Below are positions 1 through 13,104 of a stretch of DNA of 64,000 nucleotides, in pieces. This DNA comes from Octopus sinensis (lineage: Eukaryota). Location: positions 8,618,001-8,682,000 of the forward strand of contig NC_043007.1 in the NCBI RefSeq assembly GCF_006345805.1, written 5' to 3'. The position numbers and the translations under genes are program-made. Position 1 is the first letter of the stretch, and each line of letters opens with the position of its first letter. A model generated the notes under the pieces. That model worked only from the letters and a program-made list of their open reading frames with translations, did not search any database and was not told where the DNA came from.

Positions 1-9
1 ATATATATG

Positions 10-220
10 TCAGCCTCGTCTGGCACCTGTGTCGGTGGCACATAAAATCACCCACTACACTCTCGGAGTGGTTGGCATTAGGAAGGGCATCCAGCTGTAG
101 AAACACTGCCAGATCTGACTGGACTGGTGCAGCTTTCGGGCTCCCCAGACCCCAGTTGAACCGTCCAACCCATGCTAGCATGGAAAGCGGACGTTAAATG
201 ATGATGATGATGATGATGAT
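10..220 (+). mobile_element. RTE LINE 3' UTR fragment ending in (ATG)n tail
   Basis: Matches the 3' UTR of the long RTE at 10540-10727 (gtggttggcrttaggaagggcatccagctgtagaaac...ggacgttaaa); ends in (GAT)n next to (TA)n. Confidence 0.85.
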
Positions 221-259
221 GTATATATATATATATGTATATATATATGTATATATATA

Positions 260-760
260 TCATCATCATCATCATCATCATCGTTTAACGTCCGTTTTCC
301 GCGCTAGCACTGGTTGGACAGTTCGACCAGGGTCTGGGGAACCAGGGGCTGCTCCAGGCTCCAGTCTGATCTGGCAGTGTTTCTACAACTGGATGCCCTT
401 CCTAACGCCAACCACTCTGCGAGTGTAGTGGGTGCTTTTTACGTGCCACCTGCACAGGTGCCAGAGGGGTCTGGCATCGGCCACGATCGGTTGGTGCTTT
501 TTATGTGCCACCGGCACAGAAGCCAGTCGAGGCGGCACTGGCAACGGCCACGTTCGGATGGTGCTTTTTATGTGCCACCGGCACAGGTATCACAACTACT
601 GTTTCCATTGATATTTGGTTCAATGTTCATGTACATGCACTTGACTCAACAGGTCTCCTCAAGCACAGCGAGATGTTCCAGGATCCAAGGTACTTTGAAT
701 GGGCAGGGGGTATGCGGAACTGGTGCCGGAAGCATCCCGGGTCTTAGTAGTCACAGCTAT
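260..760 (-). mobile_element. RTE LINE 3' end (last codons plus UTR with ~60-bp subrepeats)
   Basis: Reverse complement of the 10130-10727 region; AVTTKTR C-terminal codons; (CAT)n tail at 260-282. Confidence 0.85.
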
Positions 761-766
761 ATATAT

Positions 767-2622
767 ATCATCATCATCATCATCATTTAACGTCCGCTTT
801 CCATGCTGGCATGGGTTGGACGGTTCAACTGGGGTCAGGGAAGCCAGAAGGCTGCACCAGGCCCAGTCTGATCTGGCAGTGTTTCTACAGCTGGATGCCC
901 TTCCTAACGCCAACCACTCCGTGAGTGTAGTGGGTGCTTTTTACGTGCCACCGGCACTGGTATCACGGCTATATATTCCATTGATGTAGGCCACGGGATT
1001 CCCAGGTGTAGGCCACGGGATTATGGCCTCACTTGTCCTGCCGGGTCTTCTCACGCACAGCATACATCTATAGGTCTCAGTCTCCAGTCATTTCCTCGGT
1101 GAGACCTAAAGTTCGAAGGTTGTGCTTCACCACCTCTTCCCAGGCTTTCCTGGGTCTACCTCTTCCACAGATTCCCTCAACCGCTAGGATGTGGCACTTT
1201 TTCACACAACTATCTTCATCCATTCTCGCCACATGACCATACCAGCACAAACGTCTCTCTTGCACACCACGACTGATACTTCTTAGGTCCAACTTTTCTC
1301 TCAAAGTACTTACACTCTGTTGAGTATGAACACTGACATTACACATCCATCGGAGCATACTGGCTTCATTTCTTGCAAGCTTACGCATATCCTCAGCAGT
1401 CACGGCCCATGTTTCACTGCCATGTAGCATAGCTGTTCGTACACATGCGTCATACAATCTGCCATTTACTCTGAGCGAGAGGCCTTTTGTCACCAGCAGA
1501 GGTAAGAGCTCTCTGAACTTTGCCCAGGCTATTCTTACTCTAGCAGTTACACTTTCAGCGCACCCGCCCCCGCTACTGACTTGGTCACCTAGGCAACGGA
1601 AGCTATCAACAATTCCTAGTTTTTCTCCCTGGAATGTGGCGGAAGATGGTCTCTGCATATTTTCAGTGTTTATTACTCCCGAGCACCTGCCACATACAAA
1701 AACTATTTTCCTAGTTAGCCTTCCTTTGACATTGCTGCACCTCTTATGTGTCCATAGCTTACACTTGGTGCATCTTATAGAGTTTCTACCTACGCCTTTT
1801 CTACAGATCGAGCAGGGCCATCTACCTGAGGGTGTTTGTGATTTGTCTACCTTCCTACTTATTAGAACTATGGTTTTAGCTAGGTTGACTCTTAGGCCCT
1901 TCGATTCTAATCCTTGCTTCCACACCTGAAACCTCTCCTCCAGTTCTGATAGTGACTCAGCAATTAGGGCAAGGTCATCAGCATAGAGGAGCTCCCAGGG
2001 GCAACCTGTCTTGAATTCTTCCGTTATTGCTTGGAGGACTATGATAAATAGGAGGGGGCTGAGGACTGAACCTTGGTGGACCCCTACCTCTACCCGGAAT
2101 TCTTCACTGTACTCATTGCCAACCCTCACCTTACTAACAGCGTCCCTGTACATGGCTCGTACAGCTCTCACTAACCATTCATCTATCCCTAGTTTCCTCA
2201 TTGACCACCAGATATGGGATCGGGGGACCCTGTCAAAGGCTTTCTCCATGTCGACGAAAGCCAGGTACAGAGGTTTATCTTTGGCTAGGTATTTCTCCTG
2301 CAGCTGTCTCACCAGAAATATGGCATCAGTGGTGTTTTTCCCTCGTACGAATCCAAACTGCATCTCGTCCAAGTTGACTCTCTCCCTAATCAGTTGGGCT
2401 ATGACCCTCTCCGTAACCTTCATTACCTGATCCAACAGCTTGATACCTCTGTAAATATTTGTATCTAGGGCGTCACCTTTACCTTTGTAGCAGTTTATTA
2501 TGCTGCTACACCAGTCATTGGGTATGACTCCTTCATGTATCACCTGGTTAACTATACGGGTGACTAGGCTATAGCCGACACTGCCAGATATTTTGAGCAT
2601 TTCTGCAGTAATTCCTGATGGG

Positions 2623-2625
<3 letters not shown>
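767..2625 (-). mobile_element. 5'-truncated RTE-clade LINE, RT ORF 1077..2600
   Basis: ORF motifs QFGF, FVDMEKAFD, GVHQGSVLSPLLF, YADD, WYGHV, GRPRKAW; RTE tail; (TA)n at the 5' junction. Confidence 0.95.
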
Positions 2626-2672
<47 letters not shown>

Positions 2673-2679
2673 TTTATAT

Positions 2680-3017
2680 GTCGCATGGCTCAGTGGTTAG
2701 AGCGTCGAGCTTACGATCGTGAGGTTGTGAGCTCGAATCCCGGACCGGGCTGCGTGTTGTGTTCTTGAGCAAGGCACTTTATTTCACGTTGCTCCAGTTC
2801 ACTCAGCTGTAGAAATGAGTTGCGACGTCACTGGTGCCAAGCTGTATCGACCTTTGTCTTTCCCTTGGATAACACTGGTGGCGTGGAGAGGGGAGGCTGG
2901 TATGCATGGGCGACTGCTGGTCTTCCATAAACAACCTTGCCCGGACTTGTGTCTAGGAGGGTAACTTTCTAGGTGCAATCCCATGGTCATTCATGACCGA
3001 AGGGGGTCTTTACCCTT
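2680..3017 (+). mobile_element. tRNA-derived SINE with CORE/Meta-like central domain
   Basis: A box TGGCTCAGTGG, B-box-like GCTCGAATCCC, then gtgttcttgagcaaggcacttt; near-identical inverted copy at 52540-52872; sits in (TA)n. Confidence 0.85.
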
Positions 3018-3020
3018 ATG

Positions 3021-3102
<82 letters not shown>

Positions 3103-3112
3103 TTTATATGTA

Positions 3113-5051
3113 TCATCATCATCATCATCGTTTAACGTCCGCTTTCCGCGCTAGCACGGGTTGGACGGTTCGACCGGGTCTGGGAAGCCAGGGGCCGCTC
3201 CAGGCTCCAGTCTGAATCTGGCAGAGTTTCTACGGCTGGATGCCCTTCCTAACGCCAACCACTCCGTGAGTGGATTGGGTGCTTTTTACGTGCCACCTGC
3301 ACAGGGGCCGGAGGGTCCGGCATCGTCACGATCGGTTCGAGCATTTTAACGTGTCAGCGGCACGGGGGCAACGAGGTCCGGGGTACTTTGGGGATCGGGG
3401 TACTTTGGGGATCCAGGGTACTTTGGGGATCCGGGGTACTTAGAATGGGTAGGGGGTATGTGGAATTGCTGCAGAAAGCAGCCCGGGTCTTTGTAGTCAC
3501 AGCATATCTCCAGAGATCTCGGTCCTTCGCCATTGCCTCAGTGAGGCCCAATGCTCTGAGGTCATGCTTAACCACCTCATCCCATGTCTTCCTGGGTCTA
3601 CCTCTCCCCCTGATACCTTCAACTGTTTGGGAGTGGCACTTCTTCACACATCTCTCTTCATCCATCCGCAGCACATGACCATACCATCGCAAGCGTCGCT
3701 CTTGCACACCACATCTGATGCTTCTTATATCCAGCATTTCTCTCAGGATACTTACACTCTGTTTTGCGTGCACACTGACACTACACATCCAGCGGATCAT
3801 GCTAGCTTCATTTCTTTCAAGTCTATGCATGTCTTCTGCAGTCACAGCCCATGTTTCATTACCGTGAAGCATGGCAGTTCGCACACATGCATCATACAAT
3901 CTACCTTTTGCTCTGAGGGAGAGACCTTTTGTTGCCAGTAGGGGTAGGAGCTTTCTGAACTTTGCCCAGGCTATTCGTATTCTAGTGGTGATACTCTCTG
4001 TGCATCCACCTCCGCTACTAACTTGGTCACCCAGGTAGCGGAAACTATCAACTACTTCTAGTTTCTCTCCTGGAGTGTGATGGAATCTGTTTTCTGAGTG
4101 TCTGTGGTGTCTATTGTCCCTGTGCATCTGCCGCACATGAAAGCTATCTTATCTGTTAATTTCCCTTTAATGTTGCTGCACCTCTTATGTGTCCATAACT
4201 TACATTGGGTGCATCTTATGGAGTTTCTACCTGTACCTTTCCTACAGGTTGAGCAGGGCCACCTACCAGAGGGGATGTGTGCTGAGTACCTCTTGCTGCT
4301 TACTAATACTTTGGTCTTTGCTACATTTATTCTAAGGCCCTTTGATTCCAACCCTTGCTTCCACACCCGAAATTTCTCTTCTAGTTCCGGTAGTGATTCT
4401 GCTATGAGAGCTAGGTCATCGGCATAGAGGAGCTCCCAGGGGCATCCCGTTTTGAATTCCTCTGTTATTGCCTGAAGGACTATGATGAATAAAAGGCGAC
4501 TGAGGGCTGAGCCCTGGTGCACACCTACTTCTACCCAGAATTCTTCACTATATTCGTTGCCAATCCTAACCTTGCTGACAGCCTCTCTGTATAGAGCCTG
4601 TACAGCCCTTATTAGCCATTCTTCAATCTCCAGTTTCCGCATCGACCACCAGATAAGGGAACGGGGAACCCTGTCAAAGGCTTTCTCCAAGTCTACAAAA
4701 GCTATGTAGAGGGGTTTATCTTTAGCTAGGTACTTCTCCTGCAGTTGTCGGACCAGGAATATAGCATCAGTGGTGCTTCTACCTGGTACAAAACCGAACT
4801 GCATTTCATCTAAACAAATTCTCTCCCTAATGAGATTGGTTATGACCTTCTCTGAGACCTTCATCACCTGGTCCAACAGTTTGATACCTCTGTAGTTATT
4901 TCTATCTAGAGCATCACCCTTACCCTTGTAGCAGTTGACTATGGTGCTGCTGCACCAGTCATTGGGTATGACTCCATTGTGAACTACCTGGTTTACAATG
5001 CGGGTGACTATGGCATAGCCCACATAGCCAGCTGTTTTAAGCATCTCAGCA

Positions 5052-5055
<4 letters not shown>
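3113..5055 (-). mobile_element. 5'-truncated RTE LINE, RT split by a frameshift (ORFs 4058..5044 and 3354..4136)
   Basis: FVDLEKAFD, GVHQG, YADD, FRYLG, WYGHV motifs; highly similar to the 7196-10727 copy. Confidence 0.95.
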
Positions 5056-5130
<75 letters not shown>

Positions 5131-5139
5131 TATATATAT

Positions 5140-5170
<31 letters not shown>

Positions 5171-5175
5171 ATATA

Positions 5176-5618
5176 TATATTTAGTGTAGGAAGAAATGGA
5201 GCTGAACGAAGTTTTAACAAAATTCCTTTTTATTATTTTCTACATATGTTTCAAAGGCTGCAAAGTCCCTAATTCGGATTGAATAAGGAGACCATTTTGC
5301 AGCCTTCTCTTCAGGAAAATCCAGGAACTTAATTCTCCAACAAAATGCACAGCAAGCTTTTTGACAAACGCGAGCCTTTGCAGCCTTTGAAACATATGTA
5401 GAAAATAATAAAAAGGAATTTTGTTAAATCTTCGTTCAGCCCCATTTCTTCCTACACTAAATATATAAAACTTCAAATTTCCGCACTAAGGCACGGTTTT
5501 GAGACCCCATGGTCGTAACCTCAACCGTGATTTTTCTGTTGTGATTTTTGCTACCCAGGTATCGGTTATCATTTGAATAATCCGTAACAAGATAATTCAT
5601 TTATCCATTTCAATAATC

Positions 5619-5620
<2 letters not shown>
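5176..5620. mobile_element. Penelope-like pLTR remnant: ~90-bp inverted repeat plus conserved hairpin segment, embedded in (TA)n
   Basis: 5176-5265 is the reverse complement of 5376-5467; contains a hammerhead; 5478-5620 resembles 17115-17252. Confidence 0.55.
5235..5320 (-). ncRNA. Minimal type I hammerhead ribozyme motif (Penelope pLTR type)
   Basis: Minus strand reads attttc-CTGAAGA-g-aaggctgcaaa...tttgcagcctt-t-GAAA-catat-GTA-gaaaat: 6-bp stem I, 11-bp stem II, palindromic stem III, GUA cleavage triplet. Confidence 0.8.
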
Positions 5621-5672
<52 letters not shown>

Positions 5673-5721
5673 GTATGTATATATATATATATATATATAT
5701 GTGTATATATATATATATATA

Positions 5722-5993
5722 TCATCATCATCATCGTTTAACGTCCGTTCTCCATACTAGCATGGGTTGGACGGTTCGACCGGGGACCTGGGAAGTCAGA
5801 AGGCTGCACCAGGCTCCAGTCTTATCTGGCAATGTTTCTACAGCTGGATGCCCTTCCTAACGCCAACCACTCCGTGAGTGTAGTGGGTGCTTTTTACGTG
5901 CCACCTGCACAGGTGCCAGGCGAGGCTGGCAACGGCCACGGTCGGATTGGTGTATTTTATGTGCCACCGGCACGGAAGCCAGTCGAGGCGGTG

Positions 5994-5996
<3 letters not shown>
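5722..5996 (-). mobile_element. RTE 3' tail fragment
   Basis: (CAT)n followed by cgtttaacgtcc...ggatgcccttcctaacgccaacc; (TA)n on both sides. Confidence 0.85.
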
Positions 5997-6051
<55 letters not shown>

Positions 6052-6058
6052 AATATAT

Positions 6059-6104
<46 letters not shown>

Positions 6105-6349
6105 GTGTGTATATATGTATATATATGTTATATATATATGTATATATATATATGTATATATATATGTATATATATATGTATATATATATGTATATATGTA
6201 TATATATATGTATATATATCTCTTATGATAAAAGGTAGATTTTCTCTGCCTCTGACATAGTTTGTTTTTAATACAATTGTATAATATAGAATTTCTTCAA
6301 TTGGAATTTACCTATGATTTTTTGAAGTAGATTCGATTGGGTCATGGCA

Positions 6350-6513
6350 TGATTGATTGATTGATTGATTCTAGTTTCAGCTTATGAGCTGTGGCCATGC
6401 TGGGGCACCGCCATTTGGTGTTGCTACTTGGTTTCACTTCATGGGGGCTTTCTAGCAACTGCTATTTGGTGCATGAGAGAGTTCGATGCAGCTGCCCTCA
6501 TCTGCCCCTCCTG
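6350..6513 (-). mobile_element. CR1-like LINE extreme 3' fragment
   Basis: Similar to 13545-13690; (GATT)n tail-like run. Confidence 0.6.
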
Positions 6514-6803
6514 CATATACATTATTTTCAATTTCACCCCCAATTAAGCAAAAATTCGAGAAAACTCAATATCTTACGATTTGCCTCTCTCACTTCAAAT
6601 GCTTTACTCCTGCTATTACCAGCCGTCAATTGTTGAAAGAAAGAAATTGTAAGCTAAGAAGGTGTGTGTGTGTGCGTGCGTGTGTGTAGGAAGTGAAGGA
6701 TAAAAATATGGCAAGAAGTGGACAGATGTACATATATACATACATACATACATACATACGTGTGTGTGTGTGTATGTATGTGTATTAATGTGTGTGTGTG
6801 TTA

Positions 6804-7194
6804 TCTCTCTCTATATAAAGCTCAAGTTGTCTGTGTGCGGCAGGTTTGGTAGCCTTCAACTAACATTATCTCCTCCGAGACCCTGCGGCGCAAGTTGACC
6901 AAAATTGAGAGTATGATAGAAGAAGGGTTGCTCTTCCTTCCATATAAGATAAAATTCAAATCGGACCATGTTAACACCAAAAATTATTTACATCAAACAG
7001 GTGCTTTATTCTATGAAAATACCTATTTTTTACGATTTTTTCACTGCTGTGTCGCCACTTTTCAGTGTATTTCAACCAGAAAAATGTTCACTTGAAGAGA
7101 ATAACAAGCTACATAATGCAAAATTTTTACTTTTCAAAAATTCCAATTCCAGTTGGTCGAAACAAACCCAAGCAACGACAGGCGATACTGCTAG
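6804..7194 (+). mobile_element. Non-autonomous Helitron-type element
   Basis: Begins A|TC(TCTCTCTATATAAAG), ends with a degenerate ccc..gcaacg..gg hairpin and CTAG|T; no TSD. Confidence 0.65.
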
Positions 7195-7195
7195 T

Positions 7196-10100
7196 ATGGT
7201 ACATTGAAGGGTAGGTCTAGTGAGATTGTAGAGATGCTTGAGAGAAGACAGGTTGATGTATGCTGCATACAAGAGGTAAGATGGAGAGGTGCTTCAGCTA
7301 GGGTTCTCACAGGCAAGGCACATAGGTATAAAGTCTTCTGGCAAGGTAACATGGATGGTGTAGGGGGTGGATAAGGTCATAGAGGTTGTCAGGGTTTGCG
7401 ATAGAGTGCTCAAGCTCAGGTTAGTCCTACAGAGTGGCACAGCTACGATTATCTCCGCCTATGACCCACAAGCGGGACTACCAAATGATCAGAAGGACCA
7501 CTTTTATGATACCCTTCTACAGGCTACCTCAAAGACTAGTGGCAAGGACCTCATCTTTGTGGGTGGAGACTTTAATGGGCATGTTGGGTATCTTCACTGG
7601 GGTACACGGTGGCCATGGTATTGGCACCAGAAATGATGAGGGAACTATACTACTGGAATTCTGTGATGCATGTAACCTTTTAATCTACAACACTAACTTC
7701 AGGAAGCCTGACTGCCACCTTATAACCTATCAGTCAGGAGACTCCGCTAGCCAAATAGACTTCATCCTCACCAGACAGCGGGATGCAGGGTCGCTCTTAA
7801 ATACAAAGACCCTCCCAGGTGAAGAATGTATCCCTCAGCATAGGCTAATCACCAGTGACTTTAAGCTTGAGGCCAGAAGGACTCCAAGAAACAAACCAAT
7901 CCAGAAAAGAAGGATTTGGAAGCTAAAGAACCCTTCACATGGTCAGAGATTTAGAGACAACCTCATCAAGAAATTTGATGAGAGGGAGGAGGAGCTTCAG
8001 ACGTCGGACATAGAAGGTAGCTGTGAATTCCTACGAGACAGCTTGCTGAGTGCCACAGACCAAATCTGTGGATGGTGCAAAGTCCCTTTCAAACCTAGAG
8101 TTACGTGGTGGTGGAATAGTGCAGTAGACAAAGCCATTAGTGCAAAGAGACAGGCCTGGAAAGCCTGGAGGGATGGGGGTAGCAGGGAACTGTACCAGGT
8201 AGCCAAAAGGGAGGCTGGGCGGCAGGTATACATAGCCAAAGATGTAGCAGAAAAGAAGTTTGCCAATGTCCAGCAACGTGAGGACCAAAGAGCTGAGGTA
8301 TTTCGGATTGCCAGACAGTGTGTGAGAGAAAATAGTGATGTTACAGGAGAGAAATGTGTCCGCATGGATGATGGACCACTTGCTTTTAATGTTGGTGAAA
8401 AGAAAGAGGCTTGGAGAAGCCATTATGAAAGACTGCTGAATGAGGAGAATGAATGGAAGGAGGAGAGCCTGCCAAATGTTGACCCAGTAGAGGGACCAGC
8501 TATCCGAATAGACAGCTCCCTTGTAGTTAAGGCAATTAAGGATATGAAACCAGGTAAAGCCCCCGGCCCATCAGGAATTACTGCTGAGATGCTTAAAACA
8601 GCTGGCTATATGGGTTATGGCCTAGTCACCCGCATTGTAAACCAGGTAGTTCATAATGGAGTCATACCCAATGACTGGCGTAGCAGCACCATAGTCAACT
8701 GCTACAAGGGTAAGGGTGATGCTCTAGATAGAAATAACTACAGGGGTATTAAACTGTTGGATCAGGTATATGAAGGTCACAGAGAGGGTCATAACCCATC
8801 TCATTAGGGAGAGAATTTGCTTAGATGAAATGCAGTTCGGTTTTGTGCCGGGTAGAAGCACCACTGATGCTATATTCCTGGTCCGACAACTGCAGGAGAA
8901 GTACCTAGCTAAAGATAAACCCCTCTACATAGCTTTTGTGGACTTGGAGAGAGCCTTTGACAGGGTCCCCGATCCCTTATCTGGTGGTCGATGCGGAAAC
9001 TGGAGATTGACGAATGGCTAATAAGGGCTGTACAGGCTCTATACAGAGAGGCTGTCAGCAAGGTTAGGATTGGCAACGAATATAGTGAAGAATTCCGGGT
9101 AGAAGTAGGTGTGCACCAAGGCTCAGCCCTCAGTCCTCTTTTATTCATCATAGTCCTCCAGGCAAGAACAGGGGAATTCAAGACAGGATGCCCCTGGGAG
9201 CTCTCTATGCTGATGACCTGGCTCTCATAGCAGAATCACTACCGGAACTAGAAAAGAAATTTCGGGTGTGGAAGCAAGGGTTAGAATCAAAGGGCCTTAG
9301 AGTAAATGTAGCAAAGACCAAAGTTATAGTAAGCAGAAAGGCGAACTCAGCACACACCCCCTCGGGCAGGTGGCCCTGCTCGATCTGCAGGAAAGGTGTA
9401 GGTAGAAACTCCATAAGATGCACCCAATGTAAGCTATGGACACATAAGAGGTGCAGCAACATCAAAGGGAAATTAACTGATAAGATAGCTTTCATGTGCG
9501 GCAGATGCACAGGGACAATAGACACCAAAGACACTCAGAAAACAGATTCCATCACACTCCAGGGGAAGAAACTAGAAGTAGTTGATAGTTTCCGCTACCT
9601 GGGTGACCAAGTTAGTAGTGGAGGTGGATGCTCAGAGAGTATCACCACTAGAATACGAATAGCCTGGGCAAAGTTCAGAAAGCTCCTACCCCTACTGGCG
9701 ACAAAGGGTCTCTCGCTCAGAGTGAAAGGTAGATTGTATGATGCATGTGTGCGAACTGTCATGCTTCACGGTAGTGAAACATGGGCTGTGACTGCAGAGG
9801 ACATGCGTAGACTTAAAAGAAATGAAGCTAGCATGATCTGCTGGATGTGTAATGTCAGTGTGCACGCACGACAGAGTGTAAGCACCCTGAGAGAAATGCT
9901 GGATATAAGAAGCATCAGATGTGGTGTGCAAGAGCGACGCTTGCAATGGTATGGTCATGTACTGCGGATGGATGAGGAGAGATGTGTGAAGAAGTGCCAC
10001 TCCCAAACAGTTGAAGGTATCAGGGGGAGAGGTAGACCCAGGAAGACATGGGATGAGGTAGTCAAGCATGACCTCAGAGCGTTGGGCCTCACTGAGGCAA

Positions 10101-10727
10101 TGGCGAAGGACCGATATCTCTGGAGATATGCTGTGACTGCCAAGACCCGGGCTGCTTCCTGCACCATTTCCGCATAGCCCCTGCCCATTCAAAGTACCCT
10201 GGATTCCAGAATGTCCCACTGTGCTTGAGGAGACCTGTTGAGTCATGAACATGAACATCGAAATAAATAGTAGTTGTGATACCTGTGCCGGTGGCACATA
10301 AAAAGCACCATCCGAACGTGGCCGTTGCCAGCGTCGCCTCGACTGGCTTCTGTGTCGGTGACACATAAAAAGCACCGTCTGAACGTGGCCGATGCCAATG
10401 CTGCCTTGACTGGCTCCAGTGCTGGTGGCACATAAAAAAGCACCATCCAAACGTGGCTGTTGCAAGCGCCACCTCGGCTGGCTTCCGTGCCGGTGGCACA
10501 TTAAAAGCTCCAACCGATCGTGGCCGATGCCGGACCCCCCTGGCACCTGTGCAGGTGGCACGTAAAAAGCACCCACTACACTCGTAGAGTGGTTGGCGTT
10601 AGGAAGGGCATCCAGCTGTAGAAACTCTGCCAGATCAGACTGGAGCCTGGTGCAGCCCCTGGCTTCCCAGACCCCGGTCGAACTGTCCAACCCACGCTAG
10701 CGCGGAAAACGGACGTTAAACGATGAT
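7196..10727 (+). mobile_element. Near full-length RTE LINE (APE endonuclease + RT), several frameshifts
   Basis: IQEVRW, GDFNGHVG, SQIDFIL, QHRL (APE); QFGF, YADD, FRYLG (RT); ORF ends 10177; 3' UTR subrepeats and GAT tail. Confidence 0.95.
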
Positions 10728-10961
10728 ATGTATATACATACATATATGTATGTATATACATATATATATATGTATATACATATATATATATGTATATACA
10801 TATATATATACATATATACATATATACATATATGTATATACATATATATATATTGATATATATGTATATACATATATATATATACATATATGTATATACA
10901 TATATATATACATATATATATATATGTATATACATATGTATATACATATATATACATATAC

Positions 10962-10993
<32 letters not shown>

Positions 10994-11069
10994 TATATAT
11001 ATATATATATATAATACATATATATATACATATATATATAATATATATATATATATTATATATATATAC

Positions 11070-12910
11070 ATATAACTTAGAATAACTTAGAAAGGTTTTG
11101 GCCAGTATTGGCCCAGGCCATGTCTAACTTAATAGCACCACCTGGCGAAGTCTTTCAGTTCAGGATTTGGGCACCAAGGCCCATTCGAGCAGAGAGTTAT
11201 TGTTTGCGGAGACATATCCGGGTGTGAGTGGTTTGTCCGGTACTGTTTGAAGGAATTTGTCCAAAGACTTCTTGAATTTTGTGTGGTCAGTTTCTTTTTT
11301 GACGTGCCCTGGTGTAATGTTGAAGAGAGCAGGTCCAATTGAGGTGAAATAGTTGTGCCGTATTGTCGTTATGTGATGCGATTTAGATTTTTGTTGTGGA
11401 CGGATGGCACGTGGTCCAAGCCTTGGATGCATTTTGAAGGTGATGCCAACATCATTCGGACAGTGCTGGTGGAATATTTTCCACATCATACAGATAATGT
11501 AGCGTTCACGGCGTCGTTGGAGTGAATACAATTTCAGCTTCTCTAGTCTACCCCAGTAGTCAAGGTCTGACATGCCATCTATCTTTTTTGTGATTGACCT
11601 TTGGGGAGCTTCAATTCTCATAATATTTTGTTTTGTGTAGGGAGACCACAGTGGACAGCAGTATTCAAGGTGGGGTCGGGCAAAAGTGGAGAAGAGAAGG
11701 ATAATAGCGTGGGAATCTCTCGACTGGAAGGTTCTGAGAATCCAGGAACACATTCTGCGGGCCATGTCAACTTTGCTGCTTATATGTGTAGCCCAGCTTA
11801 TGTTGTTGTCCACTGTTACTCCCAGGTCTCTGATGTTGTTGGATGCCATGAGAATTTCTCCAGAAGGAAGAGAGTATGGGAGTTTCAGAGCGTCCTCCCT
11901 TCCAAAGTGGATCAGTTCAAATTTGTCTTCATTTAGCAACATGTTATTCTTTTCCGCCCATTGGACAACAGCCAGTAGGTCTGACTGAAGGTTTATTCGG
12001 TCATCCACGCCATTGATGACCTTCTGGAGCTTGGAATCATCAGCGAAGGTTCTGATGTTACTGTGTTTGATGGTGTCAGTAATATCATTTATGTAGATGA
12101 TGAAGAGAAGTGGGCCCAACACAGTGCCTTGTGGGACACCACTGCTGACTTTGGCTGGGCTGGATTTGACTCCTTCGACTACAACATGTTGGGTTCTGTT
12201 AGACAGGAAGCACTTGATCCACTGCAGCAGCTTTCCAGTGACACCAATATTGGACAGCTTTCTCAGAAGGATCTTATGATCAACCCTGTCAAAGGCCTTG
12301 CTGAAATCAAGGTAGATGACATCAGTGTTGGAACCTTCTCCCAAGGCTCTCAAAATGTCATCAAAATGATGCAGTAGCTGCGTCAGGCAATCTCTCCCAT
12401 TACGGAATCCATGCTGGTTGGGGTTCAGCATATTATGACTCTCAAGGAAGTGAGTCATACGCGATCTCAGCACCCTCTCAAATACCTTGATGATATGAGA
12501 GGTGAGTGAGATTGGACGGTAATTCACGGCAAGCGATTTGTTTCCTTTTTTGAAAACTGGGACAACAGACTGGGATAGAAGGTCTTCTGGTATATATCCA
12601 GCATCCAGTGAGTTCCGCCACAGATTGGCTAGAGGGGGTGCAAGTTGGTTTTGACACATCTTCAAGACACAAGCAGGGAACCTATCGGGACCTACTGCTG
12701 AATTATGCTTCATTTCCTTTATTGCTGCTAAGACATCAGGAGCGCCAAATGTTATGTCCGATAAAGTGTATTGGGGAGTAACATCACTGATACAGCCCAG
12801 ATCAGTCATATCAGGATTGCTGAAAACAGAGCAATATTGTTTCTGCAATATCTCTCCCATGGTTTCGGCATTGTCTTGAAGAGTACCATTTTCATCAGAG
12901 GGCCAACAGT
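11070..12910 (-). mobile_element. 5'-truncated CR1-clade LINE, uninterrupted RT reading frame
   Basis: [55 protein letters not shown]; (TA)n on both sides. Confidence 0.93.
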
Positions 12911-12952
12911 AGATACATATATATATACATATATATATATATGTACATACAT

Positions 12953-12984
<32 letters not shown>

Positions 12985-13038
12985 ATATATCTATATATAT
13001 ATATATATACATATATATATGTATATATATATATACAT

Positions 13039-13070
<32 letters not shown>

Positions 13071-13104
13071 ATATGTATATATCTATATATACTGTATATA
13101 TATA

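Noticed and set aside
2680-2750. tRNA gene
   Set aside because: Continues directly into a SINE body that recurs at 52540-52872
10280-10580. CRISPR-like array (gtggcacataaaaagcacc repeats with ~60-bp period)
   Set aside because: Spacers are homologous to each other; it is the RTE 3' UTR subrepeat in eukaryotic DNA with no cas genes
9692-10690. 332-aa minus-strand ORF
   Set aside because: Antisense to the RTE ORF end and UTR; no independent motif
10576-11085. YI/IY-rich ORFs here and at other TA tracts
   Set aside because: Microsatellite translations
12910-13058. N-terminal extension of the 632-aa ORF
   Set aside because: Read-through into flanking (TA)n; the LINE is truncated at about 12910
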